Shown here one piece after another: positions 18,718 through 28,578 of a stretch of DNA of 64,000 nt; within the stretch, counting starts at the first letter, position 1, and each line of letters begins with the position of its first letter. This DNA comes from an uncultured Dehalococcoidia bacterium. GTDB lineage: Bacteria > Chloroflexota > Dehalococcoidia > UBA2247 > RBG-13-53-26. Location of the stretch: positions 1,963 to 65,962 of the forward strand of contig CAZBJX010000006.1 of the NCBI GenBank assembly GCA_964492335.1. Reading direction: 5' to 3'. The position numbers and the translations under genes were made by a program. The notes beneath the pieces were generated by a model. The model did no database searches, was not told the origin of the DNA, and saw nothing but the letters and a program-made list of their open reading frames with translations.

Positions 18718-20589
18718 CTACACTCTGACCACCCTCACCTTCGTGCTGAGGAGCGCCGTGCGGCCATCCCGGTAGGTCACCCTGGTCTCCATTGTGATCT
18801 CCTCCTCCTCCCCGTAGATCGCCGCTATCAGGTCCCGGTACTTGTCCTCCACGAATCCCCGCCGCAGCTTCATGGTCCGAGTAAGCTCAGCGTCATCCGC
18901 ATCGAAGGGCTTGGGCGTGTTCACGAACCTCTTGACCCTCAGGCCCTCGGGGAGCCGCGCATTGACCTTCTCCACTTCCGTGCGCACGAGGGCGGTCACC
19001 TCCGGCTTCTGAGAGAGATCGGCGAAAGTGGTGAACGGTATCTTTCTCTTCTCAGCCCAAGTGCCGACGTTCTCGAAATCGATGTTCACCACCACGCCCA
19101 CGAATGGCCTGGTGTCATCGCCGACCACGAAGACATTAGTGATAAATGGGCTGAACTTGAGGCGGCCTTCCAGGTACTGTGGCGCATATCGATTGCCGTC
19201 GGCCAGTGCCTTCATGTACTCCATGCGATCCAGGTAGTGAAGGTGGCCATCATCGTCCATAAGGCCGGCGTCTCCCGTGTGGTACCAGCCTCCGGCGAAG
19301 GCCTTCCGGGTGGCTTCAGGGTTCTTGTAGTACCCGCTGGTGGTCACGTTGCCCCTGGCCAGGATTTCCCCATTATCCGTTATCCGGACGATGGTGCCGG
19401 GGTTGACGATGCCCACAGAGTCCACCTTGATGTTGCCCGAGCTATGCTGGGAGATGCCCATCTCGCTCATGCCGTACGTCTGCCTCAGGTCCACGCCAAT
19501 AGCCGTGATCAGACGGAAGATGTCCGGTCCCAGGGCGGCGCCGCCCGTGAAGGCGGACCTCACCTTGAGCAGACCATGACGGCCCCTGATAGCGTTGAAC
19601 AGGACCAGTGAGCACAGCCTGTAGGCGGCATTCCAGAAGAGGCCCAGCTCGCGGCCGGAGAAGTCGGCGTCGGCCTTCCTGTAGCCCACTGGCAGGCACA
19701 GCTTGTACGCCAGCCTGTCCAGCAGGGAGCTCTCAGTCATGCTGTTCTGGATGGAAGAGGCCATGTCCTCCCACAGCCTGGAAGGGTACCAGATGATGGG
19801 TGGGCTGATCTCGCGGATGTTCTCCTGCACGGTGGCCTGGGACTCGACGTAGTTGAGCCGGGAGCCGCGGTCCAGGCTGGTGAAGAGGCCCATGGCCTGC
19901 TCCAGCAGGTACCCTGGGAGCACGTACGATACCCAGTCGTCGGTCTCCCGGACCTCGTACATGGACATGGTCACCTGCATGGAAGAGTACAGGCCGGCAT
20001 GGGTTACCATGGCGGCCTTCGGAAGGCCGGTGGTCCCGGATGTGGGGACGAGAATGGCCATGTCCAGGGATTTGCCCTGGGCCACATTGTCTTCGAACAC
20101 GGTGGGTGACTTCAGGGCCGACTCCTGGCCCAGGGCCAGTACCTGGGTGAAACTCAGAAGAACGGGATCGTTGTAGCCCCGCATGCCCTTGGAATCCCAG
20201 TAGATGACCTTCTTGATCAGTGGCAGCTGGTCCAGGATGGACAGGACCTTGTCCACCTGTTCCTGATCCTGAGCGATCAGGAAGGTGGCATCGCAGAGCT
20301 CAACGAGGTGCTTCACCTCGTCCGGAGAGGCGCTGGAGAACACGCCCACGACGGCTGCGCCCCCTGCCTGGGCTGCCAGCTCGGCCCAGAACCAGTGAGG
20401 GTCATTGTCCCCCAGGATGGCAACCTTGTCGCCGCGCTGGAGGCCCAGGCTGAGCAGGCCCAGGCAGAGATGCTTGATCTGGTCGTGACAGAAGCGGTAG
20501 GTGTACTCATTCCAGATCCCCTTGTCCTTCTTCCTCATCCAGACGCGGTCGGGCCACTTCTGAACGTTCTGGAGCAGAAGCTGGGGCAT
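18718..20589 (-). CDS. Long-chain-fatty-acid/aryl acid-CoA ligase (AMP-dependent synthetase, FadD-like); start trimmed to MPQLLLQNVQKW (ATG 20587-20589)
   Basis: AMP-binding motif LVPTSGTTGLPKAAMVTH, YGMSEMG, GWYHTGDAG, and a C-terminal lid. The track ORF N-terminal 143 codons lack similarity. Confidence 0.85.
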   Translation of the reverse strand: MPQLLLQNVQKWPDRVWMRKKDKGIWNEYTYRFCHDQIKHLCLGLLSLGLQRGDKVAILGDNDPHWFWAELAAQAGGAAVVGVFSSASPDEVKHLVELCDATFLIAQDQEQVDKVLSILDQLPLIKKVIYWDSKGMRGYNDPVLLSFTQVLALGQESALKSPTVFEDNVAQGKSLDMAILVPTSGTTGLPKAAMVTHAGLYSSMQVTMSMYEVRETDDWVSYVLPGYLLEQAMGLFTSLDRGSRLNYVESQATVQENIREISPPIIWYPSRLWEDMASSIQNSMTESSLLDRLAYKLCLPVGYRKADADFSGRELGLFWNAAYRLCSLVLFNAIRGRHGLLKVRSAFTGGAALGPDIFRLITAIGVDLRQTYGMSEMGISQHSSGNIKVDSVGIVNPGTIVRITDNGEILARGNVTTSGYYKNPEATRKAFAGGWYHTGDAGLMDDDGHLHYLDRMEYMKALADGNRYAPQYLEGRLKFSPFITNVFVVGDDTRPFVGVVVNIDFENVGTWAEKRKIPFTTFADLSQKPEVTALVRTEVEKVNARLPEGLRVKRFVNTPKPFDADDAELTRTMKLRRGFVEDKYRDLIAAIYGEEEEITMETRVTYRDGRTALLSTKVRVVRV

Positions 20590-20996
20590 GGTCACACCGG
20601 TATCGGAGCTGGCCGCGGTGCCGGCCTTCCGGCAAGTGCCGTTGTACGGCGCTATCCTCGATCTCCGCTTCCCGCCAACGCGGGCCAGGGACCGGGCCAC
20701 TGCTCCAACTGATGCTCCCATAGGTACCCCCGAGATCGAAATCCCCGCCTTCCAGGGCGAGTGTAGGACATCCCCACCCCGTAGTGAATCCGCTGGAATG
20801 GCGAAGCCGGCTTCTACCAAATCGCAGACAAGGCGGCGCTGCCGCGCCGGGGGCCGGCGCCAAGGCGCCGAACCCTGGCGTACTTCATCCGGGCAGACAG
20901 CAGGAAGTTGACATGCGGGCCACCGCTGATTACTATCGGCATTTGGCAGGCCAGGCAATCGGATTATCCCTCTGGCGGACCAAGGAAGGGGATGAT

Positions 20997-21695
20997 GTGG
21001 GCTCGGAGAAGGCAGCACAGCACAGGATATCGGTGCTGATAGCCGACGACCACAAGGCCTTCAGGGAGGGGTTGGCCAGTCTCCTGGCCGAGGAGGCTGA
21101 CATAAGGATTGTGGGTGCGGCCAGCGACGGGGCTGAAGCCGCCCGGCTGGCCGGGGAACTGCGCCCGGATGTGCTGGTCACGGATGTGGCCATGCCCGGC
21201 ATCAACGGTATCGAGGCCATCCGGCAGTCCAGGACCGCCAGCCCGGGGACGGCCTTCGTGGTGCTGAGCGCCTTCTCCTATGATTCGTACGTGGTGGCCG
21301 CCGTTGATGCCGGGGCGTCGGCCTATCTGCTGAAGACCCAGGGCATCGAAGAGATCGCCGAGGCCATACGCTCCGTTCATGCCGGCCAGATGGTGTTCGG
21401 GCCGGAAGCCAATGCCGCCATCCGGAGGCGCCTGGGGGCGGGTTCATCCCGGTCCACCACGTCGCGCGCACAGCCCACTCCGCGGGAGCTGCAGCTCCTG
21501 ATAATGGCCGGCAAGGGGCTCTCCAACAAGGACATGGCGGCCAGGCTGGACATCGGGGAGCGCACGGTGCAGACCCACTTTCAGAATGTGCTGGCCAAGC
21601 TGGGGGCTACATCCAGGACGGAGGCAGTGGTGACCGCCCTGTCCGAGGGCTGGATCACCTTTGACGAAATCCAGGCAGTGACGCGGCCCGGATAG
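20997..21695 (+). CDS. NarL/FixJ-family response regulator (REC + LuxR-type HTH); probable GTG start at 20997 (alternative ATG 20913)
   Basis: REC domain ISVLIADDHKAFREG...DVLVTDVAMPGINGIE. C-terminal LuxR HTH TPRELQLLIMAGKGLSNKDMAARLDIGERTVQTHFQNVLAKLG. GGAAGGGG SD just before the GTG. Confidence 0.8.
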   Translation: MGSEKAAQHRISVLIADDHKAFREGLASLLAEEADIRIVGAASDGAEAARLAGELRPDVLVTDVAMPGINGIEAIRQSRTASPGTAFVVLSAFSYDSYVVAAVDAGASAYLLKTQGIEEIAEAIRSVHAGQMVFGPEANAAIRRRLGAGSSRSTTSRAQPTPRELQLLIMAGKGLSNKDMAARLDIGERTVQTHFQNVLAKLGATSRTEAVVTALSEGWITFDEIQAVTRPG

Positions 21696-21756
21696 GTGGC
21701 CGGGCGCACGCGGCATGACGTGCCGCTCGGACAGGTGACTGGCGGGGACGGACCAT

Positions 21757-23946
21757 ATGCCCTTTGGGGACCACGATTTCCTGGACCTGGTGTGCCGGCC
21801 GGCCATGGTTGTCGCCGGCGGGCGGATCCGTGCTGCCAACACCAGGCTGGCCCGCCTCGCTGGCCATAGCCGGGCAGCCCTGTCCGGCATGAGGGCCAGA
21901 GACCTTCTGGTTGCCGAGGAGCAGTCTGCACGGTCCAGGTCCATGCCAGGGCGTGGTCTCGCACCGGGGACCCACAACGGGGTCCTGTTCACAAAGGCCG
22001 GCGGACGAGTCGGAGCGCGAGTCGTCCGCCGGCCTCTGAAGAGCGGGCTCGGTCCTGGCGGCATGCTGGTGGTCCTGGACGAAGCGGCCGCGGACGACTC
22101 GGATCCGCTGGAAGTGGAGCGGCTGCTAGATGAATGCCTGAGGGTCGCGGAGGCCGGTGTGACGGTCATTGGCCGGAATGGCCTGGTGGCCATGGCCAAC
22201 AGGAGATGCTGTGAGATTCTGGGTTACCGGGAACTTGACGTCATCGGCCGGCACTGGGCCAGCATCTTCGTCATCCGGCGCGACCGTCAGCGGGCCAGCG
22301 AGGGCTTCGAGAAGCTCGTTTCGGGTGGAGGGCCACCGCAGGGCTACTACGAGAGCAGGGTGCCCACCAGGGGAGGGCAGAAGAGAGTAGTCGCCTGGCA
22401 GGGGGTGAAGCTGCTCAGGGACTCCTCCGGCCGCGTCCTGGGCGTCGTTTCCTCCGTCACGGACCTGACAGAGCAGAAGGAAGCTCTGAAAGCCGCGGAA
22501 GACAGGGACAGGCTGTACCGGCTGGTCTCCGAAAATGCCACGGCGGGCGTCTGGACCTATGACCTGGCCACGGGCTGCGTCACCTATATGAGTCCGTCGA
22601 TAGCTCAGATAACCGGCTTCACCGCCAAAGAGGTGACGGATATGGGCCTGGATGAGATCCTCACTGCGGATTCCCACGCCTTCGGCATGTTGGAGCTAGA
22701 GCGGCACCTGGCCCGGGACAGCGACTACGCCGGGCAGCCGCACACGTGGACCGTGGAGCTGGAGGAGTACCGCAAGGATGGGTCCACGGTCTGGGTAGAG
22801 GTGCGGACCTCCGTCATGCGCGACGCGGCGGGGAAGCCCACCGGCATCTTCGGCTTCACGCGCGACATAACCGAGCGCAAGCAGGCGGAGAAGGCGCTAC
22901 GGGAGAGCGAGAAGAGGTATCGCACCTTCTTCGAGGACTCCATGGACGCCATCTTCATCCTCGGCCGCAACGGCAGGGTCCTGGACGTGAACCGGGCGGC
23001 CCTGGCCCTGCTGGGCTACTCGCGGGAGGAGATGGCCACGCTGCCACTGGCCCACCATGTGCCCCGGGAGCTGAGGCTGCGGTTCCAGGCCCAGATCGAG
23101 AGGGACGGCTTTGTGCGCAACTACGAGATGCGGCTGCGCCGCAAGGACGGGGTGGAGCTCGACTGTGTGCTGACCTTCGACCTGCGCCGGGATGACTATG
23201 GAAACATCGTGGGCTATGAGGGCAGTATCCGCGACGTGACCGGCTACAAGCGCATGCAGCGCAACCTGCGGCTCTACGTGAATGAAGTGACCCGGGCCCA
23301 GGAGGACGAGAGGCTGCGCCTGTCCCGCGAGCTTCATGACGGGGCCCTGCAGGACCTGCTGGCCCTGGGGCTGGAGCTGGAGAAGGCCATCAGGGCAGGG
23401 AGGCGGGGGGGGCGCAGCCAGAAGGGGCAGCTGGAGAGCATCCGGGATGAGGTCCAGCGGCTGGCCGGGGAGATGAGGGTCTTGAGCCATGCCCTGCGGC
23501 CCAACGTGCTGGACGAGCTGGGCCTGGTGCCCGCGGTGCAGACCCTGCTTCGCGGCCTCGAGGAGACACAGGGCACGAAGACCGGGCTGCAGGTGGCGGG
23601 GGCGGAGAGCCGCCTGAAGCCCGAGATCGAGCTGGCCCTCTTCCGGATCGTGCAGGAGGCACTCAGCAACGTCAAGCGCCACTCCGAAGCCAGGTCGGTG
23701 CGGGTGCGCATCGAGTTCGGCGAAGGGGCAGTCAAAGCGGTGGTATCCGACGATGGCAAGGGCTTCAAGGCCCCGCGGCGGCTCAGCGACCTGGCCTCAG
23801 AGAAGAGGCTGGGCCTGGCCGGGATGGAGGAGCGGGCGAAGATGCTGGGAGGGCGGGTCAGCCTGGAGTCCGTGCCGGGCGGGGGCACAACGGTGGGTGT
23901 CCGGATCCCGTATTCCGGGCCCGGGCAGCCTGACGAAGGCCTGTAG
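21757..23946 (+). CDS. Multi-PAS sensor histidine kinase (HisKA_3 + HATPase_c, NarX/LiaS-type partner of the preceding regulator)
   Basis: Several PAS blocks (e.g. ...VTDLTEQKEALKAAEDRDRLYRLVSENATAGVWTYDL...). H-box LSRELHDGALQDL. ATP-binding GGTTVGVRIP at the C-terminus. Confidence 0.85.
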   Translation: MPFGDHDFLDLVCRPAMVVAGGRIRAANTRLARLAGHSRAALSGMRARDLLVAEEQSARSRSMPGRGLAPGTHNGVLFTKAGGRVGARVVRRPLKSGLGPGGMLVVLDEAAADDSDPLEVERLLDECLRVAEAGVTVIGRNGLVAMANRRCCEILGYRELDVIGRHWASIFVIRRDRQRASEGFEKLVSGGGPPQGYYESRVPTRGGQKRVVAWQGVKLLRDSSGRVLGVVSSVTDLTEQKEALKAAEDRDRLYRLVSENATAGVWTYDLATGCVTYMSPSIAQITGFTAKEVTDMGLDEILTADSHAFGMLELERHLARDSDYAGQPHTWTVELEEYRKDGSTVWVEVRTSVMRDAAGKPTGIFGFTRDITERKQAEKALRESEKRYRTFFEDSMDAIFILGRNGRVLDVNRAALALLGYSREEMATLPLAHHVPRELRLRFQAQIERDGFVRNYEMRLRRKDGVELDCVLTFDLRRDDYGNIVGYEGSIRDVTGYKRMQRNLRLYVNEVTRAQEDERLRLSRELHDGALQDLLALGLELEKAIRAGRRGGRSQKGQLESIRDEVQRLAGEMRVLSHALRPNVLDELGLVPAVQTLLRGLEETQGTKTGLQVAGAESRLKPEIELALFRIVQEALSNVKRHSEARSVRVRIEFGEGAVKAVVSDDGKGFKAPRRLSDLASEKRLGLAGMEERAKMLGGRVSLESVPGGGTTVGVRIPYSGPGQPDEGL

Positions 23947-24046
23947 CGGCCGTCGCGGGGGGAGCGCCCCGGGGAGCCCGGGGTTTGCCACCGGGGTGAA
24001 AAGACGATAGCATGGCTTCTGCAGCGGCTGTCGAAAGACGGAAGGG

Positions 24047-25060
24047 GTGACCATCATACGGGGATTCGAAGGCCTTGACCAGACCGACATCCGGTTGATC
24101 GCCGAGCTGGAGGCGAACCCCCGGCAACCGCACACGGAGATTGCTTCCAGGCTGGGGCTGAGCCGGGACACCGTCCGGGCCCGGCTCGAGAGGCTGCTGG
24201 AGACCCGGGCGGTGCGCATAGTGGGCGTGGCGGACCCCATATCGGTGGGGTACACCACCTCGGTGATCATGGGCATCAACGTCCGCTCGCACCGGCTGCT
24301 GGCCGTGGCCGACCGGCTGGCTTCCCTGGCCCCGGTGCAGCACCTGATGCTCTGCATGGGGCGGTTCGATATCATGGCCTACGGCCTCTTCCAGAGGCGG
24401 ACGGACTTCCTGGACTTCCTGGTGGGCCACATTGGCCGCGTGGCCGGAGTGCTGCATATCGAGACCATGCTGACCCTGCGCAACACCAAGATCTTCGGAC
24501 CGCTGCTGTCGGATGGGTCCGGCGCATATCCGGGGCAGACCCCCGTCTCGGCCCTGGACCCCCTGGATTTTGCCCTGATGAGGGAGCTGCAGACCGACGC
24601 CAGACAGAACAGCCGCCGGCTGGCGCAGAAGCTGGGCACCAGCCAGTCCACCGTGCTGCGGAAGATACAGGCGCTGCAGAGCGCCGGTGTCATGCGGATA
24701 GCGGCGCTGGCCAACCCTGTAGTCCTGGGCTACGAGGGAGTGGCGTCCATCGGCATGAAGTTCGACCCGGCCAGGCTTGAGGAGGGGGCCAGGGTGATCG
24801 GCTCGTGCCGCAACGTGCAGACGGTGGCCGTCTGCGCCGGGCGCTATGACATCGTGGCCTGGGCCATGTTCCGGGAGCTGGGAGACCTGTCGGATTTCAT
24901 CACGGTCGAGCTGGGTAGTGTGCCGGGGCTGCAGCACCTGGAGGCCATGACCAGCCTGAAGATCATCAAGGCCTCGCACGTCTACCTCGGCGAGGCGCCC
25001 GCCCCGGCGGTCACCGGGGCGGGGGGGGCGCAGGGGCCGGCCATGACCTCTGGCGATTGA
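24047..25060 (+). CDS. Tandem (duplicated) Lrp/AsnC-family transcriptional regulator, paralog 1 (GTG start)
   Basis: Two consecutive HTH_AsnC + RAM-like halves (DIRLIAELEANPRQPHTEIASRLGLSRDTVRARLERLLE... and DFALMRELQTDARQNSRRLAQKLGTSQSTVLRKIQALQ...). Confidence 0.8.
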   Translation: MTIIRGFEGLDQTDIRLIAELEANPRQPHTEIASRLGLSRDTVRARLERLLETRAVRIVGVADPISVGYTTSVIMGINVRSHRLLAVADRLASLAPVQHLMLCMGRFDIMAYGLFQRRTDFLDFLVGHIGRVAGVLHIETMLTLRNTKIFGPLLSDGSGAYPGQTPVSALDPLDFALMRELQTDARQNSRRLAQKLGTSQSTVLRKIQALQSAGVMRIAALANPVVLGYEGVASIGMKFDPARLEEGARVIGSCRNVQTVAVCAGRYDIVAWAMFRELGDLSDFITVELGSVPGLQHLEAMTSLKIIKASHVYLGEAPAPAVTGAGGAQGPAMTSGD

Positions 25061-25205
25061 CGGACACGCGCCTCTCTGCTACCATGGGGGGCGCAGGTGC
25101 GGAGTATCGTCCCGTAGAGTAAGACGCGCATGCACCATATGCACGGGTATAAGTGACGCGAACCGGTGACAGCCCGGCCGAAATAATGCGACGGAGGGAC
25201 GGCAG

Positions 25206-26825
25206 ATGATCAAACACATGGTGCCTGACAGATGGGACCTGGAAGTCGACCTGGTGGCAGTGGGATCCAGCGCCGGCGGCCTGACGGCGGCCATCATGGC
25301 GCGTGACCATGGCCTGAGCGCCGTGGTCCTGGAGAAGGGGGCGGTGCTGGGCGGAGGCACGGCCTATTCCGGCGGGGCCATCTGGATACCGCTCTCCCAC
25401 CACATGGCCGAGGTGGGGTGCAAGGACACGCGGGAGGGGGTGGTGCGCTACGTGCGCCAGTTGAGCATGGGGCACCATGATGAGGACATCCTGGGGGCGT
25501 ACCTGGACGCGGGGGCCCCGATGATGAAGTACCTGGAGGACCACACCCCGCTGCGCATGTGCGTGGAGGATGACAGCAGCGGCACCGAGTACTGCGCCGA
25601 TGTCCCCGGCGGCGTCACTCTGGGCCGCAAGCTGTGGCCGGACGCCAGGGTGATGCCCGGAGTCCTGGAGGAGGCCGAGAAGAAGCACCCCCTGGTCGCG
25701 AAGGTGTCGAAGGACCCGGTCAGGTACCTCATCGGCCCCCGGCCGCCATGGGTGCAGGGCCGGGCCCTCATCGGCGGCCTGGCGCTGGGCTGCGCGGACC
25801 GCGGCGTGGACGTGCTCACTGACACGCCTGGCAGGCAGCTTGTCGTGGACAACGGCCGGGTCATCGGCATCAGGGCCCAGCGGGAGGGCCGGGACTTCTT
25901 CGTCAGGGCAGCGAAGGGCGTTCTCCTGGCCACCGGCGGGTTCGAGTGGAACGAAGAGATGAACAGAAGGTTCATCTACTCGCCGCGCCTGGGCGCCTAC
26001 ACCTGCCCCACCAACGAGGGCGACGGCCACATCATGGGAATGGAAGTGGGGGCGGCACTGGCCCTGATGGGCCACAGCATATTCCAGCCGGGGCTGACCA
26101 TGCCCGGCGACGCCGTGGGGCACAACCAGATGCTCTGCCGCCCGTTCATCTACGGGTACCCGGGGTATATGATGGTCAACCGCGACGGCAGGCGCTGCTG
26201 CAACGAGTGCTTCTACCCGGACATGGGCCGGGCATTCCTGGAGTACGACCGGCAGAAGGGCGGCTTCCGGAACCTGCCCATATTCGCCGTCATGGACCAG
26301 GGGTTCCGGGACATGTTCCCCTTCGCCGGGCTCAAGCGGGGCGGCACCGAGGTGAACGATCTGGTCAAGAGGGGGGATACCCTGAAGGCCCTGGCCGAGA
26401 CCATCGGCATCTCCGGCGACAACCTGAGCCAGACCGTCGACCGGTTCAACCGCTTCGCGCGGGAGGGCAAGGACCCGGACTTCCATCGCGGCGAAAGCGC
26501 CTACGACCTGCGCTGGGCGGAGGCCATCTTCCCCAACCGCGGCCCCATGGCGGTGCTGGGCCCGCTGGAGAAGCCGCCGTTCTATGCCGTGAAGCTGGAG
26601 CTGACCACGGCCGGCAACCTGGGCGGGCTGGTGATCAACACCCATGCCCAGGTGATAGACGTGCGCGGCGAGGTCATCCCGGGGCTCTACGGGACCAGCA
26701 ACACCACCGCCATGCTGCCGCTGGGGTATCACTACGACAGCGGGGCGGCGCAGGGCAAGAGCATGGTGTTCGGCTACGTGGCAGCCAACCACATGGCGGG
26801 CAGCGGGCAGCAGCCCCGGAAGTGA
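25206..26825 (+). CDS. FAD-dependent oxidoreductase of the fumarate reductase / 3-ketosteroid-delta1-dehydrogenase (KstD) flavoprotein family
   Basis: N-terminal FAD-binding motif DLVAVGSSAGGLTAAIMARDHGLSAVVLEK. Size 539 aa. Internal ...GGFEWNEEM... and C-terminal ...GLYGTSN... blocks typical of the FAD_binding_2 family. Confidence 0.75.
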   Translation: MIKHMVPDRWDLEVDLVAVGSSAGGLTAAIMARDHGLSAVVLEKGAVLGGGTAYSGGAIWIPLSHHMAEVGCKDTREGVVRYVRQLSMGHHDEDILGAYLDAGAPMMKYLEDHTPLRMCVEDDSSGTEYCADVPGGVTLGRKLWPDARVMPGVLEEAEKKHPLVAKVSKDPVRYLIGPRPPWVQGRALIGGLALGCADRGVDVLTDTPGRQLVVDNGRVIGIRAQREGRDFFVRAAKGVLLATGGFEWNEEMNRRFIYSPRLGAYTCPTNEGDGHIMGMEVGAALALMGHSIFQPGLTMPGDAVGHNQMLCRPFIYGYPGYMMVNRDGRRCCNECFYPDMGRAFLEYDRQKGGFRNLPIFAVMDQGFRDMFPFAGLKRGGTEVNDLVKRGDTLKALAETIGISGDNLSQTVDRFNRFAREGKDPDFHRGESAYDLRWAEAIFPNRGPMAVLGPLEKPPFYAVKLELTTAGNLGGLVINTHAQVIDVRGEVIPGLYGTSNTTAMLPLGYHYDSGAAQGKSMVFGYVAANHMAGSGQQPRK

Positions 26826-26892
26826 GCGCCGGGGGCAGAGTGAACGATGCAGGCGCGCCAGAGCGCGCCGGTGAAACGGGAGGGCACCAGCT

Positions 26893-27957
26893 ATGGCGGC
26901 ACACGAAGCTTATGTGAAACTGGCGGAGCTGTCGGGACACAAGGACTCAGAGATCCTGCACCGGATCCTGGAGACGGCCATGAAGCCGGAGGAGGCCTAC
27001 TTCCTGCTGGCGCTGCCGGCCTCCAATACCGACCTGGCGGCCAGGTTCAAGATGACCGAGAAGGAGGTCGAGGACGAGCTGCTCCAACTGGCCCGGCGGG
27101 GCCTGGTGGTGACCTCGCGCAAGGGCATCCGCTTCCCCCGGGACCTGGGGACGCTGCACGACAACATCCTGGCCAGCGTGCCGGAGCTCATACCGGAGGG
27201 GATGGGCCAGCTGTGGATGGACCTGTACGATGAGGGCTGGTGGAAGGAGATCGTGGCCGGCCTGACCCAGCTGCCCGTCCCGGCCCTGCGGGTCATCATG
27301 CCCATGAAGGCCATGCCGGCCGGCTTCCAGCCCCTGCCTCACGAGAGCGCCGAGGCGATCATCATGGCGCACAAGGACCTCATCAGCATCCGGCGCTGCT
27401 GCTGCCGGGTGGGGATGCAGTCGTGCCGACAGGGGGAGTGCCATCACCCCACATTCACCTGCACCCAGTTCGGGCGGAGGGCGGAATACGACCTGTACCG
27501 TGGTAGCGGCACGAGAGTCTCGGCGGATGAGGCTATCGCCGTCCACCATCAGGCCACTGAAGCGGGCCTGACTCCCACGGTGACCAACATCTCCGCCATG
27601 CAGAGCCTGGAGTTCATCTGCTACTGCTGCACCGACGCCTGCCTGGTGTTCCACCCCCTCCTGCGGGGAGACAAGGTCATGGCGGCCGTGCGGCCCAGCC
27701 GCTTCCTACCCCGGGTCGATGAGAAGCTCTGCCGCGAGGGGTGCCAGGAGTGCGTGCAGGTCTGCGGCTTCGGCGCCATCGAGATCAAGAGCGGCCCGGG
27801 CGGCAAGGGGCAGGTGGCCGTGATCAACAAGGAGAAATGCGTGGGCTGCGGGCTGTGCGCCATCAAGTGCGGGCCCGGGGCCATCGTCATGGAACTGGTG
27901 CATCCCCCGGAATTCATCCCGGAGACGCTCACCGGCCCGTCATCCATCGTTCATTAG
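26893..27957 (+). CDS. Fe-S protein: N-terminal winged-helix-like region, central Cys-rich block (RRCCCRVG...C...C; CYCCTDAC) and C-terminal 2x[4Fe-4S] ferredoxin domain
   Basis: Two CxxCxxCxxxCP motifs (CREGCQECVQVCGFGA; CVGCGLCAIKCGPGA) plus unusual CCC and CYCC clusters. Directly follows the flavoprotein gene. Confidence 0.6.
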   Translation: MAAHEAYVKLAELSGHKDSEILHRILETAMKPEEAYFLLALPASNTDLAARFKMTEKEVEDELLQLARRGLVVTSRKGIRFPRDLGTLHDNILASVPELIPEGMGQLWMDLYDEGWWKEIVAGLTQLPVPALRVIMPMKAMPAGFQPLPHESAEAIIMAHKDLISIRRCCCRVGMQSCRQGECHHPTFTCTQFGRRAEYDLYRGSGTRVSADEAIAVHHQATEAGLTPTVTNISAMQSLEFICYCCTDACLVFHPLLRGDKVMAAVRPSRFLPRVDEKLCREGCQECVQVCGFGAIEIKSGPGGKGQVAVINKEKCVGCGLCAIKCGPGAIVMELVHPPEFIPETLTGPSSIVH

Positions 27958-27979
27958 CGGGACGTCCGGCGCGCCGGCC

Positions 27980-28501
27980 TCATGGCGCCGCCCGCGCGCG
28001 GTCACGGCAGCGCCGGACGATGCCGCGCAGCGCTGCTGCTGCTGCGGCCGCTCCGGTGGCCCCGGCCTCCAGGGCGGCCACGGTGGCGGCCACCTCCTCT
28101 TCGATGCCGAGCGGCGCCAGCCAGCTCCTGTCCCCGATCTTGAGCGGGGGCTCGATGAAGATGCCCAGGCCCCAACCCCGCCGCAGCGCCTCGGAGATCT
28201 CCACCGCCGGCTTGTTGAGCAGGGCGCGCTCTTCGGCGCTGAGCGCCTCGCTCTCCAGGATGCGTTCGCAGAAGTAGAGGCGGCACTTGGCCGGACGGAA
28301 CTCGAATATGGGGCAAGCGGAGAAGCGCGGGGAGTAGAGCTCGCACCCGATGCGGCGGCAGCACTCGCCGCCGCAGTCCCCGCAGATACCCCCGGCATGC
28401 CGGCCCAGCATGCGAACGGCCCCGGCGGCCTGAGCTCCGAAGCCGGCCTCGAACTCGGCGTCGGTGTAGAAGACCCGTGGATGACTGCTCGGCGCCTGCA
28501 T
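27980..28501 (-). CDS. YkgJ/UPF0153-like cysteine-cluster protein (putative Fe-S/Zn oxidoreductase); start trimmed to MQAPSSHP (ATG 28499-28501)
   Basis: CGDCGGECC...C...C...C resembles the CxxCxxCC YkgJ-family motif. The rest of track ORF 27980..29593 is an over-extension overlapping the next gene. Confidence 0.4.
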   Translation of the reverse strand: MQAPSSHPRVFYTDAEFEAGFGAQAAGAVRMLGRHAGGICGDCGGECCRRIGCELYSPRFSACPIFEFRPAKCRLYFCERILESEALSAEERALLNKPAVEISEALRRGWGLGIFIEPPLKIGDRSWLAPLGIEEEVAATVAALEAGATGAAAAAAALRGIVRRCRDRARAAP

Positions 28502-28578
28502 GGCCCCAATACCTCGTCCAACGATCGGGAGGGCCCGATATCGCGCTCGAGCCCTCCCGATATTGATCTGGGAAGTCG

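Noticed and set aside
25011-26792. 593-aa minus-strand ORF
   Set aside because: Antisense to the KstD-like flavoprotein gene, which has a clear FAD-binding N-terminus.
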